A DNA stretch of 64,000 nt from an uncultured Chloroflexia bacterium. GTDB taxonomy: Bacteria > Chloroflexota > Limnocylindria > Limnocylindrales > CSP1-4. The position numbers and the translations under genes are program-made. Within the stretch, counting starts at the first letter, position 1. Each line of letters starts with the position of its first letter. Of this stretch, positions 30,943 to 42,174 are shown one piece after another. Under the pieces are notes generated by a model, which was not told the DNA's origin, ran no database searches, and saw only the letters and a program-made list of their open reading frames with translations. Location: the NCBI GenBank assembly GCA_963748625.1, contig CAVVJT010000007.1, positions 64,001 to 128,000 on the forward strand, written 5' to 3'.

Positions 30943-32409
30943 TCAAGCCTGGTGTTGAAGAGCCCTGATCTCGTGCTGGGCGGGCAGCAGGACTGCGCCG
31001 AGCGTCCCGATCAATGCAACCGCCCAAACAACACCTTGCACACCTGCCAGGGTCAGGACGAAGAGTGGCGCACTCAGGAGTAGGGCCACGCCGACATCTC
31101 GTGCAAGCCACCTAAGCGGCCCTCGGATCCCGACGCCTGCTATCTGCAGCAGCCAGAGCATGTAGCCGAACCAAAGGGCTGCGCTCGCGAGGCCAAACAA
31201 TGCGATAGCAGTCGTTGCATTCGCGAAGGCCCATCCGACAAGGAGCGTCGCCACCCGTACCGCAAGGAGGCAGATTTGGAACCCGAGTTCCGTGCGCTGC
31301 CTTTCTCGCACGAACACGAGGGTTGACAGCGGCGAGACCACGAACACGAGCAGCAGCCACGGCGCCAACCATTGTGCGTAGGTGCCTGCCTCGCGCCATG
31401 CGTCGCCAAAGAAGAAGGCGAACAATTCCGGGCCCGCGACGGCAAGCACCACCATCGGGCCTGCGCCCAGCGCCGCAAGGGCTCGGTAGACCGACCTCGT
31501 GGTCGCGGCCGTGTCGGAGTCGTCCTCGCGGCTAATCCGCGCGTAGAACACCTGGGCGACGGAAGCCCCAACGAGGGCGCTCGGTAATTGGAGCACGCGC
31601 AACGTGATCGAGAACCACCCAACAACGGTGGTGTCGAACATGGCGGCGAGCAGAAGCACTGGAGCCTGTGTGCTTGCCGTGTTCAGGAGCGCGGCCCAGA
31701 GCGTGTACAGTGGGAATCGCCGGTAGCGAGAAGCGACACCTCTAAGGCGGCGAAGAGATGTCCCTCTCATGCTCGCGCGACGCGTTGAGCCGAGCGTCCC
31801 GACGAACATCAAGATGCCACCTGCTCGGCCAAGCAGGTATCCAAGGATGAGCCCCAGCACGCCGGTCCCGGCCATGCCAAACCCGATCTGACCAGCCATC
31901 TGGGCGCCACCCGATGCCATGCTGGATCGCGCGCTCGCCCCGAAGGCAGCAATGCGGGTGGCCCAGAATGTCAAGGACTGCTGAATGGCGGTAGAGAAGA
32001 GCCCGAGCGGCACGAGCCAGAGAGCGGCTCGCGTTGTGTCGGGAATTGCCACCACGATGAGGTCCGAAGCCACAATCCACGTAGCCAGACCAACGAGACC
32101 ACTGATCGACAAGGCCGCAATGATGGCTAGGAGAAGCACATCCAGAGCATCCTCATCCAGGTCCGGCAGCGGTATTGCGGCCTCGTAGCGCAACGTGACC
32201 ACGATCGCCCCAATCGAGACGATCGCAAGGTAGATGCTTAGGGCGCCGATCTCGTCCGGAGCGTAGAGGCGCAATAGGATCGGTGACCCGAGAATGACGA
32301 TTGCCTGGCCTGCGGCAGCGCCGCCTGCAAGGGTCACAACACTCCCGACGAAACCCTCTCTTCTCGAGGTGACCCGACGGATTCCGTCTCGCAGTGCGCG
32401 CAACCTCAT
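30943..32409 (-). CDS. oligosaccharide flippase (Wzx family)
   Basis: ~12 TM; PILLRLYAPDEIG, LRYEAAIPLP, YRRFP, FFGDAWREAG. Confidence 0.88.
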   Translation of the reverse strand: MRLRALRDGIRRVTSRREGFVGSVVTLAGGAAAGQAIVILGSPILLRLYAPDEIGALSIYLAIVSIGAIVVTLRYEAAIPLPDLDEDALDVLLLAIIAALSISGLVGLATWIVASDLIVVAIPDTTRAALWLVPLGLFSTAIQQSLTFWATRIAAFGASARSSMASGGAQMAGQIGFGMAGTGVLGLILGYLLGRAGGILMFVGTLGSTRRASMRGTSLRRLRGVASRYRRFPLYTLWAALLNTASTQAPVLLLAAMFDTTVVGWFSITLRVLQLPSALVGASVAQVFYARISREDDSDTAATTRSVYRALAALGAGPMVVLAVAGPELFAFFFGDAWREAGTYAQWLAPWLLLVFVVSPLSTLVFVRERQRTELGFQICLLAVRVATLLVGWAFANATTAIALFGLASAALWFGYMLWLLQIAGVGIRGPLRWLARDVGVALLLSAPLFVLTLAGVQGVVWAVALIGTLGAVLLPAQHEIRALQHQA

Positions 32410-32763
32410 GGATCGTGCCGGATCCGGTCTGCGCCTCGACGCCCTGTGGCAGTCTGGCCAACAGTTGCACGGCGAGTGGCCGCGACCTTGATTCCAGCCC
32501 CAGCGCGAGGACGATCTGCAGCCCGACAGCGCGATACTGATTGGGCACCGGCGCGATCTAACATCGAGCGGCCCTTCCGATATGTAGTTGGCCGGGGGAG
32601 CGCAGCCTTGCCAGAAGAGCGTAGCGCCCGGGCTCGGCTCGCCGCCGAGTCCCGCAGGCGACGCTACAGGACGAACACAACTTCGATCAGCAGGCTGCGA
32701 CCGCGGTCGTACAGGCTAGCCTCTGGCACCCGCTCCGCGGGCTTCGGGCACGCCAACCGTCCG

Positions 32764-33834
32764 TCAAGCGGTCGGTCGCCGGTTGTGATCTCCTGAGCCG
32801 GCGCGAGTACGTCGTCCCGCGAGGCGCTGGCGAACACGGAAGATGTTCCTGATCGCTGATCGCCCAACGCGCATTATCCGGTACCGCGAGCGGTGAAAGT
32901 GGAAGGTCGGCGTCTCCACGCCGCCGTACTTCGCCTTGTAGTCGCCTGCTCCCCCCAAGTCGTAGCGCTCGGCGCCCTGCTCCCGCCAGAATCTCATGGC
33001 CTCCCAATGCAGCACTTCGTTCGGGTGGAGTTCTGCCTCGGTGCGGCGGAAAGCGGCGCCCCAAAGGGCCACCGTCTTCGTGTGTCCGACCAGGATAGCC
33101 GTGGCTATGCAGTCGCCACGGGGCGAACGAATCCGCAACAGGAGGAGATGGCCCGACGGCTGGACGCAGCCGATGAGCTGGCGGACTCGTTCCACGCCAT
33201 ACGTCGGCACGAGGTTCTGGCGGGCAAACACCTCCGCGAGCTGCGCCCAGTACTCGTCTGCGAACTCGAGATCGGTGGACCGCTCCACAGTGAGCCCGTT
33301 TCGGCGAGCTCGTCTGAGATAGTTCCGTGTCGTCGGCCGCATCGCACGTGCGATCGCCTCTTCGTCAGGGCGAAGGTCGACGACGAACGTGTGGCCAACT
33401 TCAACGATGTAGCTGGATCCCGCCATCAGGTCCGCGGTGAGCTGACGGTCAGCGAGCTCGACGTGCAGGCAGCGCAGATGATGGAAGGCAAACAGAAGGA
33501 GGGCCTCCGCAGCGATCTGGCGGTCGAACCCGACCTCCAGCAGGAAGCCCATGCACTGCGTTCCCCACCCTCGCAGGGGACTGCCCAGGATCCGGATACC
33601 GTAGCGCCGGACGATCGCGCCGACGAAGAATCCAACGGGCCGTCCGTCCGCGCGCACGACGGCAGTGACCGGCTCCGCGCCTTGCGAGGCAGCCAGGAAG
33701 TCGAGCCACGCGGACCCATGGAAGACCTCCAGGTCTGGGTGACCAGCGATCATGTGATCCCAGGCGGCAGCGTCGTAGTCGAGGCGCTCAAACGTGACCT
33801 GTACCGGCTGACTCGACGTCACGATGCGACCCAA
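32764..33834 (-). CDS. FemAB-like / GNAT family acyl- or aminoacyl-transferase
   Basis: FHGSAWL, TFVVDL...RNYLRRARRNGL, PNEVLHWEAM, YDLGG..YKAKYGG. Confidence 0.82.
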   Translation of the reverse strand: MGRIVTSSQPVQVTFERLDYDAAAWDHMIAGHPDLEVFHGSAWLDFLAASQGAEPVTAVVRADGRPVGFFVGAIVRRYGIRILGSPLRGWGTQCMGFLLEVGFDRQIAAEALLLFAFHHLRCLHVELADRQLTADLMAGSSYIVEVGHTFVVDLRPDEEAIARAMRPTTRNYLRRARRNGLTVERSTDLEFADEYWAQLAEVFARQNLVPTYGVERVRQLIGCVQPSGHLLLLRIRSPRGDCIATAILVGHTKTVALWGAAFRRTEAELHPNEVLHWEAMRFWREQGAERYDLGGAGDYKAKYGGVETPTFHFHRSRYRIMRVGRSAIRNIFRVRQRLAGRRTRAGSGDHNRRPTA

Positions 33835-34381
33835 CGTGGAAGAACACGGCGGGCCGCTTGCCTCACAGACGATGCTGTCCTCGCTGCGTCAGTGACGCTG
33901 CGCATTCCTACCCCCGGAGGATCCCGGCGCGGTAGCTGCCAGCTGCCAGCACTCCGGACCCTCGCTTGGTGCAGGGTTGACCGATCACGCCAGCGGCTGC
34001 TCCCTTGTGGCGTGCGGTTCACGACAGGTGCAAAGGCTGGAAGAGGTCGACGATTGCTGACCAAGTCAAGACGACGTCCCTTTAGAATGGATCGGACGCA
34101 GTGTCACCGTAGGTAAGGTGACCATGAACCGCGCCGATTCTGGCCGAGATCCAGAGCAGATGAGGTGAGTCTGCGCCGGCCCGGGACGCAAGTTTGAGTG
34201 GGCCGGGTCCGGCGGGCGGCGACAGTGTGTGGGGGGACGACCGTCAGAGGTGGCGTCGGGGGATCAGATACCCATTGGCGAACACGCAGGTGCGTGGCGC
34301 GGCGAGCCGCGGGGTGGCCCATTTCCGCTATCCCTGTGCCGTGCCTTCGATGCTCAGATGGCGTTCACCACCTTCTAGTTC

Positions 34382-35332
34382 CTAGCTGTAGCCGACGCGG
34401 ATCTTGCTCCGTAGCCAACGCCGCTCCAACGCTTGACGCTGGGCTGGAGATAGGACTGTGAGCCCGCGCTGTCGAACCAGGTGATCCAGGAGGGGGGTCA
34501 CGGGCACGAACCAACCGTTCTTGGACGCAAGGCGCTCCATGAGCTCGCGAAAGCGTGGGTCTATTCGCCCGTCGTTGCAGAAGCCGGAGGCAAAGTGGGT
34601 GTACATGATGCATGCCCCACCCTCCGCCTCGAGACGATCCTGCTCCGCCTCGCCGAGCTGGTGATTGAAGGCCCCCACGTCGGCCCCCTCAGAAGAGGCG
34701 AACCATGCTCGGACGTTGGGGCGGTCCGGGTCGTGATACGGCATGACGGGACAGGCGAGGAGGGTGTTCACGTCACCGTACGTGAAGTTGCGAACATACC
34801 GAACGCGCTCCCGACACAGATCGCCCCAGAACAGGGGGTCGCCTTCGATGTGACCGCGCGAGAAGCCACGACGGCGGAAACCCGTCAAGATGTTGTAGGC
34901 GAGCCGCGAGGTCCCGCTAACTCGGTCCTCGCCCCAGTAGATCGACTCGCGGCATCCGGCGTGATTGGCTAGGGTCTCGGGATCGTGACCGTAGATCTCC
35001 CGGAAACGATCCAGCGAGCGGGCCACAACCTCGCGAGGCGTTGTTGCCGGAGTGGCACCGTGCGAGCCGATCTCGAAGCCCGCCGTCTGCAACTCCAGGG
35101 TCCAGTCCCGATATGCCGGGTCGTCACAGGTTGCGCCCCCGATGAGGGGCGCGCCATCGCCAGCCATGGCCCAAACCGACTTGGTGGTTCGCAGGCCGAG
35201 GTCCCGCAGGAGCGAGTAGACCAGGGCCACATTCTCGACGGTAGCGTTGTCCGTGTCGTCAAAGACCGTAAAGGCGAACGCGCGGCCCTCCGGCCACTCG
35301 ACTAGCCGGCTGGTGTCCACCCGTCCCTCCAC
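34382..35332 (-). CDS. polysaccharide deacetylase-like (NodB-fold) hypothetical protein
   Basis: FAFTVFDDTD, GFEIGSHG, NH, IMYTHF motifs. Confidence 0.65.
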   Translation of the reverse strand: MEGRVDTSRLVEWPEGRAFAFTVFDDTDNATVENVALVYSLLRDLGLRTTKSVWAMAGDGAPLIGGATCDDPAYRDWTLELQTAGFEIGSHGATPATTPREVVARSLDRFREIYGHDPETLANHAGCRESIYWGEDRVSGTSRLAYNILTGFRRRGFSRGHIEGDPLFWGDLCRERVRYVRNFTYGDVNTLLACPVMPYHDPDRPNVRAWFASSEGADVGAFNHQLGEAEQDRLEAEGGACIMYTHFASGFCNDGRIDPRFRELMERLASKNGWFVPVTPLLDHLVRQRGLTVLSPAQRQALERRWLRSKIRVGYS

Positions 35333-35657
35333 CCTGACTCCTTGGCGGGATCCACGCGGTAACTGCTTGCGCCACCCCCACCGAGACCGCGGATCTCGTG
35401 GTGGGCGATGAGCGCCAGCACGGACCGCGCAACGTCTCGAAGGTGCACCGGAACGGGCCAACTGTACCGCCTCGTGCGCTGGTTGCCGAGTGGGCGCGGT
35501 CGGTCTCATGTCCTCTTGCGGACAGCGGGTCGGAGTTCTGTGCGGCGGCTGCACGGAACCGCCGAAGAATGCCACGCATGGCCTTGTTGGAGGTTCAGCC
35601 AACCTCCGGCGTCGCAAGCTCTTGGGTGCGGACCATCTTGCGGAACAGTCGCTTCCC

Positions 35658-37543
35658 CTACGGGATGATCGTGTTCCCGGAGATCATGATGTCCACTGCA
35701 GTCGCAGCCGCATCACTCCCTGATGTCGTCAAGATTTCCCGGCCTTTGGGCCAAGAGACAATGACGTTGTTGCGGATGTCTCCGCCCGTCGAGTAGACAG
35801 AGGTGAGCGCCCAGTAGGATCCGGAGAAACCATGCACGGTGTTGCCGCTGACGTCATTGTCGAGAGCACGGGCCGTCGCATAGCCGGTGACGAAGATGCC
35901 CCGATAGGATCCGGTCACTGTGTTCCCCTGGAACACGTTGCGCTGTCCAGAATGGGTGTCGATGGCGGTCCAGGTCGGGACGTCGTTGACGGTGTTCCCG
36001 GTGACCTTGAAATCAGTGGTTGGCGGGTCTACAGCCGGGTTCTGCTGCGACAGGGAGATGCCATAGGCATTGCCGCTATTGGCTTCCGAACCGACGACGC
36101 CGACCCGCTCGACCAGGTTGTTCGTGACACCGCCGCCTTTCCCCGACAAGACCATGATCCCCGCATAGACGACGTCACGGACGGTGTTATGGTCGACCTG
36201 CAGGCCAGTCACATGACCGAGCCACATCCCTGATTCGCCGAAGTTGCTGACGTAGCAATTCCGCACCGTCAGGCTCGCGACTGCAGATCCGACATAGATG
36301 CCGATCTCGCGGCTGTTGTACGCCGAGTGCTGCGAACCCGTGATCGTGAGGCCATCTAGGGTCACCGAGTTGGCTGCAATGGTGATCGCACGGGTCGAAG
36401 CCCCGACCTTGACCGCGCCCCCGACGATCGTTAGGGCTTTGGTGACGATCGCGGGGGTCGTGAATGAGCATCCGGTGAGAGTCAGAGTGCTCCCGGCCGG
36501 CGCGGCGTCGATGCGCGCTTGGAGGTCACCGCATGGCGCAGGCGTCGGGGCGGCCGTGGGCGCAGGCGTCGGGGCGGCCGTGGGCGCAGGCGTCGGGGCG
36601 GCCGTGGGCGCAGGCGTCGGGGCGGCCGTGGGCGCAGGCGTCGGGGCGGCCGTGGGCGCAGGCGTCGGGGCGGCCGTGGGCGCAGGCGTCGGGGCGGCCG
36701 TCGGCGCGGGGGTCGGGGCGGCCGGCGGCGCGGGGGTCGGGGCGGCCGTGGGCGCGGGGGTCGGGGCGGCCGTGGGCGCGGGGGTCGGGGCGGCCGTGGG
36801 CGCGGGGGTCGGGGCGGCCGTGCGGCGCGGGGGTCGGGGCGGCCGTGCGGCGCGGGGGTCGGGGCAGGCTCGGCGGCGGCCTTTGGCGTGGGTGCGGGTG
36901 ATGCCGTGGCCTTGGGTGTGGCTTTCGGCTTGGGCGTCGGGCGAGTCTTCGCGCCCATCAGGTCGGTGCCGAGGCGGACGACGAACGCGTCGACGGCAAC
37001 CGTCGGGTGCCCCCGGGTGCCCAAGCTGACGATGGAGATCCTGTGAGTTCCCACGGCGTTCCACGACTTCTCGAAGAGCACGCGCGCCGGGCGGAAGTGG
37101 GACGCCCATGTATTCACGGTCTTGACGAGCTTGCCGTCGATGTAGATCTTCGCCTTGCCGCGGGTCGGACCGATCGGCCCAATCCATGAGACCGCCGCCC
37201 CTTTGAACCTCAGGGTGGCCCTGGCCTTGCCAGCCTTCGCGGCCCGGGCCTTGTCGCCAAGATAGCCCGGGTGATGGACGGTCACCCAGGCGCCCCGGTA
37301 CGAGATCGCTCGGTTGCCCTCCTGGTAGACCTTGATCGCGGAGATGGCCTTCCACTCCGCACGCTGCGTCTGTGCCGAGGGCCGCGCAGCGGCGACGCTG
37401 GAGACCGGCACGAGTAGGCTCAGGAGCACGAGGGCCATGACGCCGGTGGAGACCCAGCCACGGAAGGAGCGTCGAGACGGCTGTCGGGGCGTCGCAACCG
37501 GCTGCCCGTCATCAGGGGGCCGACGACCTCCATTCCAGAACAT
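35658..37543 (-). CDS. secreted protein: beta-sandwich domain + PT linker + right-handed beta-helix; frameshifted inside the repeat
   Basis: Signal peptide and GPTRGKAKIYIDGK domain in ORF 36482..37657; beta-helix (DLQARIDAAPAGSTL, NTV/GNTV repeats) in ORF 35658..37355. Two extra C bases at 36823 and 36848 break the frame. Confidence 0.8.
36535..36865. repeat. 24-bp tandem repeat (~13.5 copies) encoding PTAAPTPA
   Basis: GGCGC(A/G)GG(C/G)GTCGGGGCGGCCGTG units, contiguous with no spacers. Confidence 0.95.
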
Positions 37544-37976
37544 GGGCGAGGATTCCTTTCGGCAACCCGGCTGACTCAGAGAGTCCCGTGGCTTTGCGGC
37601 CCCGCCTCGCGACGGGTGTGCCATTTCGAGGGTGCGTCGTTCAACCGAGCGCAGCACCGCCTCGCAGTGTCACTTGGCCCCAGCGCTCCGCCAATGGGGA
37701 GATGGTCCCGGCAGGAGCGGCCCCTGGGTCACGGTGACCACCCATCACCGCACCGCACGTCACCACGCGGCCGAACGATGGTGCGCCCAGTCACCGCCTC
37801 AGCACTTCGACCCGACGAGTCGATCGCGATTGTCGCGACGCGTGGCGCTCGGGAGGGAGAGGGCCGCGTTCGGGGCCCGGACTTACACGCCGACGAGGAC
37901 CCCTACACCTCGCCGCCGGAACCAGTGCAGTGTCGAGGCCCGCCAAGAACCCAGCGCTCCTGATAGCGCAGACCGA

Positions 37977-39314
37977 TCATGCCTGCGAGACATCAAGCAC
38001 ACCGTGGTCACCCTCGGCAGACCGGGGACGTCCCTCGATGACATCCGCGAACAGATCCCCGATGTGCGCTAGGTCATGCTCGCGTGCAACGAAGGCGCGG
38101 CCCGCGGAGCCCATCGCGACCAGCGTGTCGGGCGGTGATCCGGCGAGTTCCAGGAAGGCGGCGGCGAGACGCTCCGGATCGTCGGGTCGGACCGAGATCC
38201 CCGCACCGACGGAGGGTACGGGGTCATAGGCAGTGTCGCATGCGAACACCACCGGCCTCTCTGCGGCCATGTAGTCGAACAGCTTGTTGAAGCTGGTCCC
38301 GTACCGGTAGACGGGTGTGTAGGTCGTGTGGACGACGGCCGCATCGAAAGCGCGCAGGATCCTGGGCACGAACACCTTGGGAACCGCGGGTCCGAGGCTG
38401 ACGACCGGATGGCCGGCCGCACGGCGCTCCAGGTCCACGCGCTCTGGACCATCGCCGACCAGAAGAACCCCGATTCGGCCGGGCGCCCGCGTCTCTGCGA
38501 TTTGCGCCGCTGCGATGATGACATCGAGCCGATAGACGCGACCGAACGTCCCCAGGTAGCCGATCACGAACCTCCCGTCCGCCTTGAATCGGCCGGCCTC
38601 TGCTAAGCAACGGGCGACGTCCGCTGGCTCGCTCCCAGCCCCCTCACCCCCATCGAATGCGGCTAGCCTTGCGCCGTTTGGGATGTAGACCACGTGCCCG
38701 ATCGGCAGCCCACGCTCCAGGAGATAGTCCCGAATGCCGGGAAGCAGCGTGACGACTATCGAGGCGCGTCTCACCAGAAGCGCCTCAAGCGAGCGCAGCA
38801 TCGCCTCGCGCGGTGAGCCTTGACGCAGCGCGCCTAGATCCACGAGCGTTTGCGGCCAGAGGTCCCGAATCTCAAATATGAAGCGCGCGCGGCGCAGTTG
38901 CGCGGCCAGATAGGCGCCGAGAGCTGCGAATGGATGGACCGTGGAACCGACGATGTCGTCAGGCGACGCGAAACGCGTCTGGACCACCAGAAACGTCACC
39001 ATGAAGGACATCATATTGACCTGTCGGCGCAGGCCGTTGCCCCGATATGGAAACGTCCACAACCACACGAACCGGACACCATCGCACAGTTCGCTGCGGT
39101 ACATCTTGCCCGGCGCGAGTCGTTCCTCGCGACCTGACAGGTGACCGAAGCCGGCGGCGAAGACCGTAACCACGTGGCCGCGCTTTACGAGTCCTCGGGC
39201 AAGCTCGAAATGGCGACTTCCAGTCGGCTGGTCGGGGGTGGAAGCATAGTGGTTGACCAACCAGACCGTGTGTCGATTTGCGGATGCCCGATCCGTCGAG
39301 CAGGGCGCACTCAT
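37977..39314 (-). CDS. glycosyltransferase family 4 (WbuB-like)
   Basis: WLVNHYA, RHFELARGL, FEIRDLWP, YIPNG, NKLFDYMAAERPVV. Confidence 0.9.
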   Translation of the reverse strand: MSAPCSTDRASANRHTVWLVNHYASTPDQPTGSRHFELARGLVKRGHVVTVFAAGFGHLSGREERLAPGKMYRSELCDGVRFVWLWTFPYRGNGLRRQVNMMSFMVTFLVVQTRFASPDDIVGSTVHPFAALGAYLAAQLRRARFIFEIRDLWPQTLVDLGALRQGSPREAMLRSLEALLVRRASIVVTLLPGIRDYLLERGLPIGHVVYIPNGARLAAFDGGEGAGSEPADVARCLAEAGRFKADGRFVIGYLGTFGRVYRLDVIIAAAQIAETRAPGRIGVLLVGDGPERVDLERRAAGHPVVSLGPAVPKVFVPRILRAFDAAVVHTTYTPVYRYGTSFNKLFDYMAAERPVVFACDTAYDPVPSVGAGISVRPDDPERLAAAFLELAGSPPDTLVAMGSAGRAFVAREHDLAHIGDLFADVIEGRPRSAEGDHGVLDVSQA

Positions 39315-39487
39315 GTCACGCCAAATCCCTCTTGCTTGGCGATCAGCCACATTCTGGCGTCGCGACTGTTTGTCCACATGTGCACCCCGGTGCTCCCGGA
39401 ATGCCTGCGCTTGACTCAAGCGGCAAGTTAGGCAAATTGGGCACCATCGTCCATCGCACGACTGCTCATCGCGCAGGTCGGCACCAC

Positions 39488-41062
39488 CTATGAGTCGAGA
39501 CGGTCCGGCGCCGCGGTCGCCGGACCGCCTGATGTCGGCCCAAGCTCACCTTGACGGTACTTGGGAAAGAAGCCCGATCTCGCGCGCGGATCGAGCGGAT
39601 CAAGGTGTGGATGGAGTGCCGCGACGAGACGGCCATACTCTCGCTCGTCGACCACCAGCCGGAGGGTGGTGAAGGTGTGGCGCAGTGGGGAGAAGCCGGT
39701 CTTGAAGTGCAACAGCGAGTCGGCAACGCCTCCCACACCCCCGCCGAGGTGGAGGACATCGTTCCCTCGCTCCCGGGCCCAGGCCCGCGCGAAGTGCATC
39801 ATCAGTTTCGTCGGCTGGATGTCGCGGAACTCGCCACTCGTCCCCGATAGGTGGTATTGGACGATGCCATCCGTCTCTACGAAGAGTCCTGTGGCTGCCA
39901 CCGCGTCGGCGTTCTCGACAACGCAGAGGTGGAGACGGTCGCCCAATGCAGCCCGCAGACTATCGAAGTACGCGTCCGCAAACTGGTAGAAGGGCGACGC
40001 CTTTCGGCGCTCCATGGTCTCCCTGTACTGGCGCTTGAACGTCTCGAAGTGCACCCAGTCTTCGTCCATGCGGGCGACGTAGCCGAACCGAGTGGCACGC
40101 AGGATGTCGCGCCGGTGATTCAGCCGCATCTGGGCCCAGTGCACGTCAGCCCCAAGTGTCAGGTCCACGCTTACCGTGTCACCGTGGGAAACGAGCACGC
40201 CGATCCCCTCGGGCGGCAGCATGTTGAGCAGCGGATGGAGCCGCAAGAACACTGCCACGAGCCCCGCGTCGCGCAGCACCTGGAGTCCCGCGACCAGCGC
40301 GACTCGCAGGAATGCAGGATCCTCGACCCCCTTCCCGATCGGACCTGGGTAGCCGTAGGGCGAGGTGGCGTCGAACCCATCACCCGGGATCTGTCGGATC
40401 AACAGGGGCAGCAGCATCGTCCTGTGACCGTCTGTGACGCGCAGTGCACAGGGCCGTGCGCCCTCCTGAGCCGCGCACAACGCGACGTATGCCGGCAGGT
40501 GGTAGAAGTCATGGCGCGCTTCCCGGAGCACTGCCTCCCACTCAGGCGCACCGACATCGAGCAACGTTCCAGAGAGTGGCGGCGAAGGCAGAGGCGTCGC
40601 AAGCTTGACCTCGCGATCCTGCTCGAGGTCAAGCAGCATCACAAGCTCGCCGCGGTCCTCGCCCGCGTACGCGTAGCCAAGCGCCTCGTACAGGTGGCGG
40701 GCACGAACGTTCTCGGGATGAACACGCAACCGGACCACCGTGGCGCCTCGTTGGGCGGCCTCGGCGTGCAAATATCCCATCATCGCGCGGCCCAGGCCCC
40801 GACCACCGGCACTTGATCGGACCGCGATGCCCAACGAGGGGACCGAGTAACCCTCGTCCCAGCCACGAAGCATGCCGTAGGCGACCGCCTGGCCGTCCTC
40901 GATGAGAACTGCGTAGGCATCTGGCCCTTTGTCGCCGGCGATTCGGCGGGCTTCGTCATGAGTAAAGGGATGCGGGCGGAAGTACGTCTCGTCGATGTCC
41001 GCAAAGACGTCGACCAGTAGCGCTTCATCCCCCGGCCCCACGACTCGATACTCGCTGCTCAA
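39488..41062 (-). CDS. GNAT acetyltransferase fused to a FemAB-like domain
   Basis: N-terminal GNAT (SLGIAV..GRGLGRAMM..LRVHPEN..LYEALGY); C-terminal HDFYHLPAY, TSPYGYPGP, QYHLSGT, LHLGGG, LLHFKTGF. Confidence 0.85.
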   Translation of the reverse strand: MSSEYRVVGPGDEALLVDVFADIDETYFRPHPFTHDEARRIAGDKGPDAYAVLIEDGQAVAYGMLRGWDEGYSVPSLGIAVRSSAGGRGLGRAMMGYLHAEAAQRGATVVRLRVHPENVRARHLYEALGYAYAGEDRGELVMLLDLEQDREVKLATPLPSPPLSGTLLDVGAPEWEAVLREARHDFYHLPAYVALCAAQEGARPCALRVTDGHRTMLLPLLIRQIPGDGFDATSPYGYPGPIGKGVEDPAFLRVALVAGLQVLRDAGLVAVFLRLHPLLNMLPPEGIGVLVSHGDTVSVDLTLGADVHWAQMRLNHRRDILRATRFGYVARMDEDWVHFETFKRQYRETMERRKASPFYQFADAYFDSLRAALGDRLHLCVVENADAVAATGLFVETDGIVQYHLSGTSGEFRDIQPTKLMMHFARAWARERGNDVLHLGGGVGGVADSLLHFKTGFSPLRHTFTTLRLVVDEREYGRLVAALHPHLDPLDPRARSGFFPKYRQGELGPTSGGPATAAPDRLDS

Positions 41063-42000
41063 CCTTCGCCTCCGGACGGGACGTGCGGGTAGGCATCTTC
41101 GGGGCCGGGTTGGCGCACGGCCCGGGTGAACAGGGAAGGGCCGGGCGTGAAAGCGGCGAGGCTGGGTTGGACGATGCGCTCCAGGCCGGTGAGCAGCCCG
41201 ATGGGCAGATGTGCCGTGATGAACGTCGGGCGGAGGAGGCCCACGCTCCTCGTCGGGCCGACGATGAACCCGACGTCCTCCAGCCAGGTGCGAACGTCCC
41301 TCGGTGCGTGGAGATACATTGTGGACCCGGACCACCCTCGCACCTTCGTCTCCTCGCCCGACAGCCCAGTCACGAGACGAGGTCGTCTGCCTTTGGCGCG
41401 GGAAGGCAACAGCGTGAGTTCCACGTAAGGCTGCGAACCGAGCCGGAATGGTGACGAGCGCAGGCGGCGGGTCAGATAGGCGAGGATCGCCTTCAGGTTG
41501 CGCTTGTTGGCCGTCTCCAGCACGAGGACGCCACCTGGGCGAAGGACTCTAGCGAACTCGGTGAGCGCGGGACGAGGATTCTCCAGGTGATGCAGCATCC
41601 GCACGCAGACGACGGTATCGAAGCTTCGATCGACGAAGGGAAGGTGGTTTGCCTCTCCCGATACCAGCGTGAACCGTGCCTGGTCGCCGATGTGCTCGCG
41701 CGCACCTCTCAGCATGGCCTCCGAAGGGTCGAGGAGCACGACATGATCGTAGCCCGCGTACTCGTCGGCAAGCCGGCCGAAGCCGGCTCCAACCTCGAGG
41801 ACACGATCCCCGCTGGGCGGCAGGAGCGCCCGGAGCGCCATCCGGTCGCACTCATCCTCGTACCGCCGTCCAGGCCAGAAGTGGTCGCGATAGTCGAGGT
41901 TCTCAAAGGCGACGAGTGTCGTCGCTAGCTCCGGAGCGGCCGCCATCGCAGGGTCCGCCTCGAGCCCGGAAGCCGGTGGATGTGACGATGCGCGGTCCAT
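41059..42000 (-). CDS. class I SAM-dependent methyltransferase
   Basis: VLEVGAGFGR, LPFVDRSFDTV, HHL, RVLRPGGVL. Confidence 0.9.
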   Translation of the reverse strand: MDRASSHPPASGLEADPAMAAAPELATTLVAFENLDYRDHFWPGRRYEDECDRMALRALLPPSGDRVLEVGAGFGRLADEYAGYDHVVLLDPSEAMLRGAREHIGDQARFTLVSGEANHLPFVDRSFDTVVCVRMLHHLENPRPALTEFARVLRPGGVLVLETANKRNLKAILAYLTRRLRSSPFRLGSQPYVELTLLPSRAKGRRPRLVTGLSGEETKVRGWSGSTMYLHAPRDVRTWLEDVGFIVGPTRSVGLLRPTFITAHLPIGLLTGLERIVQPSLAAFTPGPSLFTRAVRQPGPEDAYPHVPSGGEG

Positions 42001-42174
42001 GCGTGCATCGTACTCGTCCCCGCTCGGCCGCAGCCGCGATCCGGTCCCCAGTTGCGGGCACGCACGCCGCTAGGTTTGTCCGGCGAAACATCCACGAGGC
42101 TGCGTGATAACGTCAGGCTGCCGTCGTGGGGCCGCGTCGCACGACCGATGCCATCCGATCTGGCCGGAGACGTC

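Noticed and set aside
36535-36865. 24-bp repeat array as a CRISPR
   Set aside because: The units are contiguous with no unique spacers, they encode a PT linker, and no cas genes are present.
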